Positions 1-11,711 of a DNA stretch of 64,000 bases are shown piece by piece (the stretch's first letter is position 1; each line of letters begins with the position of its first letter). The notes under the pieces are model-generated. The model was not told the origin of the DNA, did no database searches, and saw only the letters and a program-made list of their open reading frames with translations. Location: IMG/VR virus record IMGVR_UViG_3300042356_001602, one strand, 5' to 3'. The stretch is from a virus (taxonomy: Duplodnaviria > Caudoviricetes). A program made the position numbers and the translations under genes.

Positions 1-40
1 AAATGTATCATCAATAAATGTAAGTAAAATTGATTTTACA

Positions 41-1936
41 ATGTCACAGATTGTAGAAAATGTTACAGTAACAAAAACAGTTTCACATACACCATCTGAA
101 CAGTTAAGGTATTCTTCTACGGTTAACAAACTTGGTGATAGCATATCGTTCAAGCACGAGGAAATAGATGTAGAAATAAATGGTTTGACTCAAACAAATA
201 GCTTATATGATATTTCACCTTCTATAGTTTCGTCATTTAAGAAAAATGGTACAGCAAGTACCAGTGCTATTTCTAGTGGTGATTTTTCTTTAACTCAAAT
301 AACTGGAAGAATTAACTTTTATTCTCTTAAAACAACATTAGGAATAGCTTATGATTCAAGAGAAACTTCTCCCCAAGTAACTGTATCTAATTATTTTATA
401 GCTGATGCAGATAATATAGCAAGTAGACAGAACACCAAAAATACTATAAGTGTAAAAGATGGAATCGTTGTCTTGACAGATTCATTAGGCCTGCCGGTAG
501 GTTTTCCTAATTTTAGTTCTTATGCACCAACTACAGTTAATAGTGTTACAAATTTTGGTTTCTTAAACTTAATTTGGGATTACCCCACTCCAGCTCCTTA
601 TGGTTTGTATTGGCAATTTTATAATGTGTTAACGAAAAAGTTCTTAGGCAAAAAAATATCATATTTTGAATATATGGCTTACGGTGCGAATAATGTGTTC
701 ATTGGCCTTAATGCTTATGACTCCGATATGGACAGCGGAACGCAAAACAACATAGTTGGCACTCCCGTTAGAGCACCACAGTCGGAAGACAGTAGGCCAA
801 CAAGATACATATGCCCAGTATACTCGGTCAAAGTAAAAAGTAAATCAAAGATTAAAATATCTTCCCCACCAAAAACATTAAGCAAATTTGACACATGGTT
901 TGTTAATGTTGGCATCGGAAAGTTTATTAAAGATATAACAATACCTTCTAGCTACACTTTTACCAATTGGATGAAAGAGTATAAGGGTAAGACATTAAAG
1001 TGCTACTACGATACGACTCAAATTAAAACTCCAAACTCTTCAATCTTTGGGCATGGATACTATGACATACATGATGAAAATCCAAAAGTTATTTCTGACA
1101 ATACAATCTCTTTAAGGTACGGATCTGTTCATTGTGTGCAGGAGCAGTATGACAAGAATCTATACGTCAATGATAACTATACCGACGCAAGCCCTATAAG
1201 GCCTTGGATTTTTGTTTCAATCAAAAACTCTAAAGGAAAATGGATAGATATTCCAACAAAAGAAATAAAAGATTTTGATAAGAATACTGGTAGAATAACT
1301 TTTAAAAAAGAAATAGTTCCTTTAGATCCAAAAGAGATTAAAGTTACTTACACTATAGTGAGTCCAGATTTAATGGTTCATCAAATCAATGGAGAAATTA
1401 TTCCTCTTAATCCATTCTTGGGGGCAGAAGATAATTCTCCAATATTTATCTATCTTCTTCCAGTAAGATGTGAAGAACTTGTTAACAATGAATACTCTGT
1501 ACCTTCTGGTTTTGCGCCAGATGGTCCATTAAAGTTTACTAAAGACTCAACTATATTTGATGCAAAGTCCACCAAATACAATCCATTGGCTTTGCACATA
1601 GCTACCATAAACGTAAACAATACCTATACCTTTGAAAACGTTAGCGTAGAAGACATGAGAATCAAGGGTGGTGGCCTAAAGCATTCGGTTAATATTACTA
1701 ACAAATTTTCTAACGATCTAGACGTAGCGTCTTATTCAGATATATATACTGGTATGTCATTCCTGCATCCTAACGGTGGATATGTTATAATTCAAATACC
1801 GCAAGAAGTGATGTCAAACTTTAACTCTAGGGATGAAATATACAGCATAGTTAGGAACAACCTAACAGCTGGAGTAAGCTTTGACATTCAAGATGTTGAT
1901 GGAAAAAACTGGAGAGGGATCTACGATGCTCAATAA
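41..1936 (+). CDS. large virion structural protein (putative baseplate/tail-associated), 631 aa
   Basis: Long ORF; S/T/N-rich beta-type composition; first of a run of large co-directional ORFs; no catalytic motif recognised. Confidence 0.5.
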   Translation: MSQIVENVTVTKTVSHTPSEQLRYSSTVNKLGDSISFKHEEIDVEINGLTQTNSLYDISPSIVSSFKKNGTASTSAISSGDFSLTQITGRINFYSLKTTLGIAYDSRETSPQVTVSNYFIADADNIASRQNTKNTISVKDGIVVLTDSLGLPVGFPNFSSYAPTTVNSVTNFGFLNLIWDYPTPAPYGLYWQFYNVLTKKFLGKKISYFEYMAYGANNVFIGLNAYDSDMDSGTQNNIVGTPVRAPQSEDSRPTRYICPVYSVKVKSKSKIKISSPPKTLSKFDTWFVNVGIGKFIKDITIPSSYTFTNWMKEYKGKTLKCYYDTTQIKTPNSSIFGHGYYDIHDENPKVISDNTISLRYGSVHCVQEQYDKNLYVNDNYTDASPIRPWIFVSIKNSKGKWIDIPTKEIKDFDKNTGRITFKKEIVPLDPKEIKVTYTIVSPDLMVHQINGEIIPLNPFLGAEDNSPIFIYLLPVRCEELVNNEYSVPSGFAPDGPLKFTKDSTIFDAKSTKYNPLALHIATINVNNTYTFENVSVEDMRIKGGGLKHSVNITNKFSNDLDVASYSDIYTGMSFLHPNGGYVIIQIPQEVMSNFNSRDEIYSIVRNNLTAGVSFDIQDVDGKNWRGIYDAQ

Positions 1937-4602
1937 TTTAGGCAATTTTATATCTTCTTTCGGTTCAAACTCTAGGAAGTCTGTTTTTTCAGTCCTACAA
2001 GATTCTAGATTAGAAAAACAAGAACTTGGCAGAATGATAAATAAGTTATCATCTTTTGTTTCAGCTGGTGATTATATTCCGGTATATGTCTCTCTTCTCA
2101 GTGAAATAGAAAAAGCCCCAATGATTGATTTGTTTAGGGATATAGAATTAAAATTAAAAACTTTATACAATATTTCTTCTACTCTATCTATTTTATCTTC
2201 TTCTATGGAGAATATATTTGGTGGGGAAATTAAAAAGATAGAAAACGATTTAGCTTATTTAAACTCTTATGTAGATAACTATTCATTTTTATCTCGGAGA
2301 AGATGATTTATACAACCTTCATTTTGTTGAGAACTTTGACAATGATCAAAACTCATATATATATGACAGCACTGCGCCATTAAGTGAAATTCCAGATAGG
2401 AATGGAAGTAGCTTTGGCACCTTAGAAAGATCGCATGTAGATTCTTTTACTGGTTCATTAAAGTTTTCTTCTAATATAGAAGAATCATTGGTAGGCATAA
2501 ATGAAACAGATATTAAATCAATTAATTTTTATACTAATTTCCCAACAGAAAATATTAGTAGTGATACAGGCATTAAAAATATTATAACTGGAAACTCTAA
2601 TAATTCTTGGAACCTGACAGTTAAATCACCGTCTGTTATTAATAGTTCTATATTTTCTCAAGCTCAATTTCAAGGTTTTAACGCAGACTCATCTGGTATT
2701 GTTGGTGCAGAAGTAGCAGTGTCCGTAGAGCTAAATAGAAGCGTTGATGCGCAAAGAATAAGGATTTCCCCAAACATTGGGCAGGGCTTGTATATAACTC
2801 AAATTGTTCTAGATAGAGATATTACAAATTCAAACACTTCCGATAATCAAACAAATAAGATATCTGCATTGAGTGCACCTATATATGTAGATAGAAATTT
2901 AGATATAGACTTTGCTAAAACAAAAATTAAAGGATTTATTATTTTCCTTAAACAAAAAAACTACAATAGAACAAAGCTTCCAACAATTCAATCTGAGTTA
3001 AACTCCAAGCTTATTGCCATGTTGACAAAAGCTATAAGAAATGAAAAGAAAAAAAGTCATGATCTACTACAGGATTATGTAATAACATTTTTTCTAAAAG
3101 ATTCAAATAAGAATTATATATTAAGAAACAAAAATATATATAATTATGATTACAGTAAGTATTATCCAGTAGAACAATCTAAAAAACAAATAAACTTATT
3201 AAAAGAAATAAAAAAAGATGTTTCTCCATCTGATCTTGAATCTAAAAATTTATTTAAAAATTCTGATTTTATTTCCAATATGGTTTTTGCTATTGTGTCC
3301 TATTCATTGGGGGCTAAGTTTAGGGGATTGAATTCCAGTACTTATATAGAATCAAACTTGCTTTCAAATGTAAAGTCAATAGGAAATTATAACTCTGGTG
3401 GAATACTGCCACTAGGTGATTCAAACATATCTGAAAATAATGTTCATTTGTTAAAAGAAACGTACTCTTCATTCAATAAAGCAGATGCTTTAGATAGTAT
3501 GAATAATATAGAAAAAACAAATCTATATGAATATATGTTTTCCATCAATAATATATCCTTGTTTACAACTGATAATATAGTAACCATAGCTCAGCAGACT
3601 CCCTATATTAAGAGGTCTAACTTTGTAAGTAAAAAGATAAGGCTTGAAGGTAAGCCGCTATCCGTCAAGATGATGGTTGACTACTTAAATACAACAGTGT
3701 CGTCTTCTTCTGGCGATATGTCAGATCCAACATCTGTAGAATTTAGCGTCACAGTAAAAGATAATCCAGTTACAGAGTCAGACTGGTATCCAATCATGCC
3801 CTATACTGAAAAGCAAATAACAGCAGAATTAATGATGTTTAACACATCAGATGGAAAAGCCAAATTTAGGTTTGCGCCAAAGCAGGAAACAATTTCTCTA
3901 TATGAGGACGGAAAACTTCTGCCATCATCATCCTATACCGTAACTGGCATCTACCTCTTTGTAACAAGTAGAAAGCCAAATTCAATATATGTTTGTAATT
4001 ACCAGCCAATTAATGAAGCAACTAGTAAAGAGATATCATTATTTTCAAAAAACCTTTCTTCTCCGATTCTTTCAACTTATTCATCAGAAGGAAAAAATGG
4101 CGAAAGATTTACCAACTTAAATTATGACAACTCATTAACATTGTCTCAAACGCCTTATATAGATAGATCAAAGTTCTCTAATGCGTCGTACAACTTTTAC
4201 GCTGGCACGGTTACTTCTTCAAATAGTTCATTTGGCAACTTTGACTATTCCTCTTATTCTCCAGTTAAGGTCATATTTGATGACGGAACTGTAGCTAAAA
4301 ACATAAGTAATTACATCTTGACTGACACACAGGTGCCATCGTTCCAAGATAGAAATGACTATTGTTTTATACACTATGATAATACATTGATATTTAATAA
4401 AAATATTACTATGCCGCTTAGAGTTATATATGAATACATACCAGATATATTTAGATACAGAGTTGTTTTTAGAACTTTAAATAATTCACAGGAAAACTAT
4501 TCTATTGATAGATTAATGTTTAAATTTTCTTCTGAAAAAGAAGACGCAATAACTAATAATTTTATTAGATATGATAACATATTTAAGTCAAAGTTAATAT
4601 AA
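1926..4602 (+). CDS. large structural protein, ~891 aa if CGGA at 2295-2298 is read as one codon (track ORFs 1881..2306 + 2488..4602 joined)
   Basis: ATG 1926 frame reaches in-frame CGG at 2295 and stops at 2304-2306; the +1 frame is open from 2275 (LS-G-EDDLYNLHFVENFD...) into the 704-aa ORF; C-terminus resembles those of neighbouring paralogues. Confidence 0.75.
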
Positions 4603-4610
4603 GGAATATT

Positions 4611-7055
4611 ATGGCACAATTATCTACAGACACACTGGCTTACGCTCAGGTAATAAATAATGTACAAACCTTTATATCTAACTACGTAGAAAATAAGAAT
4701 GTTTCTCCAAAAGATTTTGATACAGCATACCAAAATCTTATATCAACAATAAGAAAATCTATTACTGGTCCAATATCAAAATTAGATTTAATCAATAAGG
4801 GTGAGATACCGTCGTCATTAAAATTCAACGAGTTTGTTAAAAAAATAACGGATGATATTAATATGATCAACCATCAGTATGACTCTCTCGTTGCTAACTA
4901 TGTCTCTTCATTTAACAATCTTCACGATGCAATAGAGTCAGAAAAGTCCTCAATGCAAAGGATAAAATCTAAAATAGGTGCTCTCGAATTGTATTCAGGA
5001 AGCACTTCTAATAATATAACATACCTTGGTGATCTTTTAAATAACATGGATCTTGTGGATGCAAATAAGTCTACAACCATTTCTCTTTGTGATATATCTG
5101 ACGGAATAGCTACTCTTCCTAAGAAGGAAATTAAAAAGTGGCGCTCAAGTATTTCCGTTTATAATAAGAATTTTAATAATTTAAACGTACAAAAAAATAA
5201 TGACACTCTTGGTGTATCAAACGGTTTAGCTGGTTGCAGTTATATATATACTAGCCAGTCTCTTGGAAGTTTGGTAAAACCATTTTTGTTTGAAAAAGAT
5301 TCTACGGTTACAAAATCAGATCCAACAAAGATGATAGACGAAAGCCCTGTATCATTTTTTGAATACGAAGCATTATACGTAGACAAGGCTAACAAGCCTG
5401 CTTATGAATTTCAGTATTCTTCAGGTACAGAGGTTGTAGATTGGTCTTCTTTTGATCAAACTAAGCCATTAAAACTAACAGTTGAACTTAAATCATCATC
5501 TTCAAATGGGGATTATATAAATTACATTTCATTAATACCGTTTTTTGGATATGATGCTACTGACCTCAATGCTCAAATCAAAAATGTTCAAGTAACTTCT
5601 ATCAAGCTACATAATACAAATACAACTGAGGCACCACTAGAGGTGATCAATGATGGTCCAGTATTTATAGGGGCTGACATATCAGGAGCAAATATATCAA
5701 ATTATAAAAACTATTTTTACAATAAGGGCATATTTAGATTCCCTGAGACATTGGCAAATAGAGTTTATATTACATTTGAGCAGCCTGTTTTCCAAACAGT
5801 AAGTATAAAACACGCATATTGGACACCTTACAGTTCTGTAAGCGATCAAACGTCAGATAAAAAGTGGCATAATCAAGCCAGGTTTAATCCAGAAGCTGCA
5901 GGGGTGTTGCCTCAGGGAGCAACATCAATAAGATGGAACAAGGCAGCTGTAGTGCCGGCACTTGAAACTCCAAATCAAATTAAGTCAAACACAAATCAAT
6001 CTGTAAAAATTGATTTAACATATTTAACTACATCTAATATAAGCACTCCAGCTATAAAGCTAACTAAAGGTTCACAGTCTGTTTATTTTTATGACAAACA
6101 AACTGTTGGGGGAATAGAGTTTTATACTTTTAAAAGATCCGCTAGCGTTAACATAAGTCAATCTGTCCTAGAAACAGTCAAGGGCACAATGGTGGCCAAT
6201 GCTAGCACTGTCCCATGTGTCTTCCTTGAAGATAATCAGCTACTGCAGGATATAAAAATTGATGTTCAAAACGTCACAATAACTGCAGGTCCGCCGCAGG
6301 TAATTACAATAAAGTGTCTAGAGAGACATGGTTTTTCTGTAGGGTCCCATGCTTTTATCAATGGGCTAGTTTCAACAGCATCCTTTAATGGCGTGTACAC
6401 TGTTTCTGCCATAGTAGACGACTATACATTTACCGTATCAAACAACAATGCAGACACCTTGCCGGTCTTAGCCCTTCAAGATGCAACTAAACTTCTTTGC
6501 TATCCGTGTTACACAAAAGTTACATCGAGTCCAATTAATCTTGTTATTGAAACTGTTTCAAAAACACAAAACAATAATAACACAGAATCAATTTGGCTTA
6601 AAAGAAACTATGAGTACATTCCAGCTAAAAGAGCAAGCTTAGGGATTAGGGATATTTTCTTAGGAAAAGAAATATACTTACAGTCTGCTGAGATTATATC
6701 TAAGCCATTTTATGTCAATAATGATGTTGACCTATTAAGCTTAGAGGTAGGGGAATATGTCCCTCAGTCAAATGAATCCTCCACATCAATAGATTACTAT
6801 ATAAGTGTAGACGACGGACTAAAATGGATACAAGTATCTCCAATGAAGAAGAATTTTGTTGGCATACCAGAAATACTATCCTTCAATCAAAACTTAGATA
6901 ATACTAACCTGCTTCCCCAGATAGCTTACTATAACAGTCCAGAAATTCCAAGTCCAATAAAATCAATAAGATTTAGAGCAATAATGAAGAAAACAAAGAC
7001 TGGAAATTCTACTCCAATTTTAGGGTCATACAAAATAGGCATAAGGTTTAAATAA
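4611..7055 (+). CDS. large structural protein (baseplate/tail-associated family), 814 aa
   Basis: N-terminal helical/coiled segment (GPISK...KFNEF...DINMI); C-terminal SIRFRAIM...PILGSYKIGIRFK motif shared with neighbours. Confidence 0.55.
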   Translation: MAQLSTDTLAYAQVINNVQTFISNYVENKNVSPKDFDTAYQNLISTIRKSITGPISKLDLINKGEIPSSLKFNEFVKKITDDINMINHQYDSLVANYVSSFNNLHDAIESEKSSMQRIKSKIGALELYSGSTSNNITYLGDLLNNMDLVDANKSTTISLCDISDGIATLPKKEIKKWRSSISVYNKNFNNLNVQKNNDTLGVSNGLAGCSYIYTSQSLGSLVKPFLFEKDSTVTKSDPTKMIDESPVSFFEYEALYVDKANKPAYEFQYSSGTEVVDWSSFDQTKPLKLTVELKSSSSNGDYINYISLIPFFGYDATDLNAQIKNVQVTSIKLHNTNTTEAPLEVINDGPVFIGADISGANISNYKNYFYNKGIFRFPETLANRVYITFEQPVFQTVSIKHAYWTPYSSVSDQTSDKKWHNQARFNPEAAGVLPQGATSIRWNKAAVVPALETPNQIKSNTNQSVKIDLTYLTTSNISTPAIKLTKGSQSVYFYDKQTVGGIEFYTFKRSASVNISQSVLETVKGTMVANASTVPCVFLEDNQLLQDIKIDVQNVTITAGPPQVITIKCLERHGFSVGSHAFINGLVSTASFNGVYTVSAIVDDYTFTVSNNNADTLPVLALQDATKLLCYPCYTKVTSSPINLVIETVSKTQNNNNTESIWLKRNYEYIPAKRASLGIRDIFLGKEIYLQSAEIISKPFYVNNDVDLLSLEVGEYVPQSNESSTSIDYYISVDDGLKWIQVSPMKKNFVGIPEILSFNQNLDNTNLLPQIAYYNSPEIPSPIKSIRFRAIMKKTKTGNSTPILGSYKIGIRFK

Positions 7056-7056
7056 G

Positions 7057-9279
7057 ATGAGTATAGATAATATACAAAAAGCAAGATTTTTAAATACTAT
7101 ATTTAAAATGTATTATTCACTTGGTGAAGAACCAAGCTACGATGATATATCAGTCTTGTATGGTCAATACTTTAATAGAAACAAGGTTGGACAGCCAGTA
7201 AGTCTTAATTATGATGACCTCAATGCTTCTAATGTCATCGATCATGAAAAGATAAATAGAATAATGACAACTACATTATTCAATGTCGATGTATTGTATG
7301 ATTGTTTTCATGAAGAAGTTGAAGCATTGTACCAAGCTGTTTCTTCTTATAAGTTTAGAATAGACAACTTAAGATCTAAAAGAGCAGAGGTTGAGAAGAA
7401 GTTAGACGATCATCTGTTCTCATTAAAGAATACAGACGGGTTTTATTACAGCACTAGCAATGCTTTTAATGACACCGAAACAACTGATATTTTATTTACT
7501 TCAGCTTTAGTAGACACAGAAGTAAGAAAAGTTACGATACCAAAATTAAACTCAAGCTTGTTTAACTACATTGCTAATATACTCAACAAGCCCAATAATG
7601 CAACCGTTGAATTATTTTTTGATGGACAAAAAAAGAGTGAAGAAAATATTGATTTTAGTAATGTGTTTAATGGTTTAAATAATTCTAGGTGGTCATATGT
7701 ATCATCAGACAGAACCGATGGATACAATTCTAATTCAATTGGCGTTTGCGTATTGAAAATATCAGTACCGATAGATAGCTCTAGCCAAAATGGCATATCT
7801 GTAGTTGAAGGCAGATTGGTATCTACAAAGCAAGTTGATACGTCAATATTACTAGTTGATGGTCAAGACAGGGCAAACTCTGTTTTTGCTAGCAAGTCTG
7901 GATCATCTGATTATGATGTTTTTTCTTTTCATTTTGATCCAAAAGTTTGTTCTAGCGTAGAAATATATTTAACTAAAGTTGAACCAGACTATGTAAGCAC
8001 TAATGTCGATCAAACACTAAAGTATGTATATGGTTTTGCTATAGACGAATTGATAATAGGGTCTCCATATTATGATTCCGCTGCTATATACGTCAGCAAT
8101 CCGGTATCTATACCGGCAGAACAAAATAGTACCATTATGGTAGATGCAGTATCTATAGAGACTAATGACATCATACCGTCAGGATGTAATATAAATTACT
8201 ACATTGCAGAAGATGTGCCAAATGCAGACGAATTAAACGATTTTAATTGGCTTCCTATATCTCCAACCAATGCTAGTGGTTCATTGAATGAAAAAATTGT
8301 CAGCTTTAATGGAGCTACATTGAGATCTAAGAATGTAATTAACCCAATACAAAATTCTATATTACCCACAGATACAGAGCTAGTTAGAATTCCTAGGGTT
8401 ACAGAAAATAAGAATCCAATAGAATCATATTTTTATCAAAATGATTATAACAATATAGGATTTAATTTATACAGATTCGCTAAGATGCCAATCGGGATAG
8501 ACCCAATTACTCCATATATATTAGAGAATGTAAACAGCAATCAGATAAAGATGAATATAGTTTCAGGAAGTTCCTTAAATCAATCTGGTTGGCAAGAGGT
8601 TCTGTCTGGATATAGAAATGATATAATCCCAACATTTTCTACAAGATCAGTTCCAAATAGCCAAGAGTTTTTTTCTACTGGATCAAGTGAAATAAATTAT
8701 GGAAGTATTCATTTGGCTACTAATATTCACAGTCAGGCAACAAGTTTAATTACTAAAAACTTCTTGAAGTCAATTGATGCACAGTACTGGGATATAGAAA
8801 TATACCTCAATGGATCATTGTTATCAAAAATAGAGCCAGGAATTTTGTCCAAGTCTATAACATGGAATCTTCGCTCTGGGCAGAACAGTTTAGTAATCAT
8901 TATAAACAAATCTACAAACCAATCCAATGGGGCACAAACTTCCTTCATTGGATCATTTAGTATTTTCGATGGACTATCTATTTTAAGTATGCCAGGAATA
9001 AAAGTTTACCAAGATTATTTATTCTATGTAAAAATAGAAGATTTAAGAAATTTATATTCTAATACAGATAATGTTTTCTCAATAATTAACTATGAAAACA
9101 ATAAAGAAATAGTATACAGAAGAGAAAAAGAAATAGGTGTTGGCAGTGTTGTGTATTATTATGAAAATTTAAACAATGGAATTACAGCGTTAAGGTTAAG
9201 GGCAGATCTGATGCGAGGACAAGGCAACGCGTATTCAGCACCATCTATAAATTCTTACAGAATTAAATTTAGACACTAG
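7057..9279 (+). CDS. large structural protein (same paralogous family), 740 aa
   Basis: C-terminal LRLRADL...PSINSYRIKFRH; N-terminal coiled coil. Confidence 0.55.
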   Translation: MSIDNIQKARFLNTIFKMYYSLGEEPSYDDISVLYGQYFNRNKVGQPVSLNYDDLNASNVIDHEKINRIMTTTLFNVDVLYDCFHEEVEALYQAVSSYKFRIDNLRSKRAEVEKKLDDHLFSLKNTDGFYYSTSNAFNDTETTDILFTSALVDTEVRKVTIPKLNSSLFNYIANILNKPNNATVELFFDGQKKSEENIDFSNVFNGLNNSRWSYVSSDRTDGYNSNSIGVCVLKISVPIDSSSQNGISVVEGRLVSTKQVDTSILLVDGQDRANSVFASKSGSSDYDVFSFHFDPKVCSSVEIYLTKVEPDYVSTNVDQTLKYVYGFAIDELIIGSPYYDSAAIYVSNPVSIPAEQNSTIMVDAVSIETNDIIPSGCNINYYIAEDVPNADELNDFNWLPISPTNASGSLNEKIVSFNGATLRSKNVINPIQNSILPTDTELVRIPRVTENKNPIESYFYQNDYNNIGFNLYRFAKMPIGIDPITPYILENVNSNQIKMNIVSGSSLNQSGWQEVLSGYRNDIIPTFSTRSVPNSQEFFSTGSSEINYGSIHLATNIHSQATSLITKNFLKSIDAQYWDIEIYLNGSLLSKIEPGILSKSITWNLRSGQNSLVIIINKSTNQSNGAQTSFIGSFSIFDGLSILSMPGIKVYQDYLFYVKIEDLRNLYSNTDNVFSIINYENNKEIVYRREKEIGVGSVVYYYENLNNGITALRLRADLMRGQGNAYSAPSINSYRIKFRH

Positions 9280-9286
9280 GTATATC

Positions 9287-9718
9287 ATGACAAAGAGTTA
9301 TTCAGAATTAAACAGAAAAAATTTAGTATTAGAGCCAAACCTATCTAGACAAAGGTTAACATTTAGAGGGCCTATACCTTCAAACGTTTTAAACTTATAC
9401 TATGATCAATTCGTTGTAGACTGTGCAAGGCTTTCCAAGATGGCAGACGAGCTTAGTGCTGAGGCTGATCAAATATCCATTGATTACGCAAATGATTTCA
9501 GTTTAGCTACCCCGGACTACTATATAGATACAGATCTATCATCCAGGGTGTATAATACCTATAGTTACTACGACCATAACCAGGACGAGCAAACTGTTAA
9601 TACAGAGTCTTTTTTAGAAAATCTAGAATTTAAAAAATATGGAATTAATTCATCTATAATAAATTTATTAAATAATAAAATAAATATGTTAGAAGATTTA
9701 ATTGGAAAAAAGGAATAA
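9287..9718 (+). CDS. hypothetical structural protein
   Basis: RGPIPSNVLNLYYDQFVVD motif resembles N-termini of neighbours. Confidence 0.5.
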   Translation: MTKSYSELNRKNLVLEPNLSRQRLTFRGPIPSNVLNLYYDQFVVDCARLSKMADELSAEADQISIDYANDFSLATPDYYIDTDLSSRVYNTYSYYDHNQDEQTVNTESFLENLEFKKYGINSSIINLLNNKINMLEDLIGKKE

Positions 9719-9724
9719 CGTAAA

Positions 9725-10990
9725 GTGTCAGAATTTATATATACAGAAAAAAAATCTCAACAATACCATGGTCCAATCTCTAGTACAGATTTCAATACCA
9801 GGGTTGAACAAAACTATTCAGACTTATTGTATCTGTATAATAAATACGGTATTCTAGATAAGAAAATAGCAGAGATAATAGAGAGAGTTGTAAAAGAAAA
9901 CTTATTTTTAACGTCTGCTTTAAATGATCTAGTAGATAGAGTAAGGGCCATGGAGAGTCTAAGCACTAACCAAATTTCTCTTTATTCTAAATCACAAATA
10001 GATTTGACTCCATTTGCTGGAACAGAATACTCTATAGGGGCTGATCAATTACTTGATTACAATGAGTACTACAATCAGGTGACCCTACCCAAGATTACTG
10101 GATCCTCTTTTTCAAAGGTAAAGTTCATTAATGCCACAAAGGGCCAGGTAATACCAGATTTCCTTCAAACCAGAATAGATAATAATCTTTCCGGAGGAGA
10201 CTCTAATGGTGCAGTTATAGATACAACTCCTGTTCAGTATGCTTTTTTGGATCAACCAGATAAAATATGGAGAAGAAATGTAATTTTAAATGAGGCTAAT
10301 CCATTGGGAGTTAGTCTATATCTCTACATAAGAATTCCTTCTGGCTCAATGGGCTCATCGCTGACTAACTGCATATCGTTAGTACCATATCCTGCTAGTG
10401 GAGTTAACGTGATTAAAGTAGAGTACACTACTTCAGTAAATCCATCTCTTTCTGATAAGGATAATTATCTACCTGTTAATCCAGGCTATTATGATGATCA
10501 GTACGACGCAATAGGAAAAGTTGCCCCCGGTGGTTGGTCGACAGTAGGATCTGACACTATCCATAATTCTGGTCCACTTAATTTTTATTTTGCTGAAAAG
10601 AATGTAACTGCCGTTAGGGTGCTGCTTAGACAAAAAAGCTATGTGATAGAGAATAGCAAGTACGTCTACACTTACGGTCTGTCCAATATAGATATTAGGT
10701 ACGACAAGTTCATGCCTACGGGTAAAACTTTTATCAAATTTACTGCACCTGAGGGCAAAACCATCAATGAGATTTTAAATGTATCACCTAAAATATATAA
10801 CGTTTCACAGTCTCAGGTTTCTGAGATTTCTTCCTATAGGGTTTTCTATCCGAGTGGAGGGACATATGGTCCAAATTCAAATACTGGGACTTCCAGTCAC
10901 GTCTATATAGAGCTAACCATGTCGATGGCAGACAATAAGATACCACCAGTTCTTTCAGACCTAATTATTCAGGCTGATTATAATCTTTAA
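9725..10990 (+). CDS. structural protein (paralogous family), 421 aa
   Basis: YHGPISSTDFN...DLLYLY N-terminal motif; C-terminal VYIELTM...PPVLSDLII; GTG start. Confidence 0.55.
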   Translation: MSEFIYTEKKSQQYHGPISSTDFNTRVEQNYSDLLYLYNKYGILDKKIAEIIERVVKENLFLTSALNDLVDRVRAMESLSTNQISLYSKSQIDLTPFAGTEYSIGADQLLDYNEYYNQVTLPKITGSSFSKVKFINATKGQVIPDFLQTRIDNNLSGGDSNGAVIDTTPVQYAFLDQPDKIWRRNVILNEANPLGVSLYLYIRIPSGSMGSSLTNCISLVPYPASGVNVIKVEYTTSVNPSLSDKDNYLPVNPGYYDDQYDAIGKVAPGGWSTVGSDTIHNSGPLNFYFAEKNVTAVRVLLRQKSYVIENSKYVYTYGLSNIDIRYDKFMPTGKTFIKFTAPEGKTINEILNVSPKIYNVSQSQVSEISSYRVFYPSGGTYGPNSNTGTSSHVYIELTMSMADNKIPPVLSDLIIQADYNL

Positions 10991-11015
10991 TTGTTGCAAA
11001 AAGGCCTGAATCTTT

Positions 11016-11024
11016 TTACTATAA
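11016..11024 (+). promoter_or_regulatory. candidate phage late-promoter motif TTACTAT
   Basis: Same motif recurs shortly upstream of many putative virion genes (see findings). Confidence 0.5.
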
Positions 11025-11053
11025 CACTGTAAGGTTTCTATAAGGAGAGCAAA

Positions 11054-11689
11054 ATGGCAACTGCGTACGTAGGTCCAAGACCTATTTTAAGGGGTGTAAA
11101 CTCCAACGATATGGTCAATCCATATACAACAATGACGGGTAGGGTTAAAGGTACTGGAACGTATTCTTACTATCCACTATATAATACTAGCCACCTTTTA
11201 ACTGGTGCACCAGATAATCATCACGTACCTGGCACTGGATACTTCCCAGGTGACGTATTTATGTCACAAATCTTTACAGGTAGCGTATTCTACATTCACC
11301 CACTTTCTGGAGCATTTCCTAACGGCACTGCAACCTATGACGGAACTAGATTCCGCCCAAGTGAATTCAAAGGCCTTAGCGGATCTGCTGTTTTTGGAGC
11401 GACATTTGGTCACGCAGAAAGAGAAAACGAATACAAGCTTCGTCAGTATTCATTCAAGGGTCTAGCATCAGCTGAAGCTATGAAGAACACTGGACATGCC
11501 CCTAGAACTGACGCACAAGGTGCACCTAATACCTTTGGAGTCTTTAGACCTGAAGAGGAACATGGTGTAGCGAGTGCTAAAGTTTTTAATGCTACGTTTG
11601 GACAAGCAATTCCAACCGGGTATAATAATGAGTATGGAAAAAATAAAGTTCAAGAATGGCGAGGCGTTGCCTCTTCAAAAGCTCTCTAA
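11054..11689 (+). CDS. hypothetical (possibly virion) protein with internal repeats
   Basis: Strong RBS AAGGAGAG; repeated FRP..F/HG......F.ATFG.A....NEY.K units. Confidence 0.6.
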   Translation: MATAYVGPRPILRGVNSNDMVNPYTTMTGRVKGTGTYSYYPLYNTSHLLTGAPDNHHVPGTGYFPGDVFMSQIFTGSVFYIHPLSGAFPNGTATYDGTRFRPSEFKGLSGSAVFGATFGHAERENEYKLRQYSFKGLASAEAMKNTGHAPRTDAQGAPNTFGVFRPEEEHGVASAKVFNATFGQAIPTGYNNEYGKNKVQEWRGVASSKAL

Positions 11690-11711
11690 TTACTATTCGT
11701 CTCCAATAATA

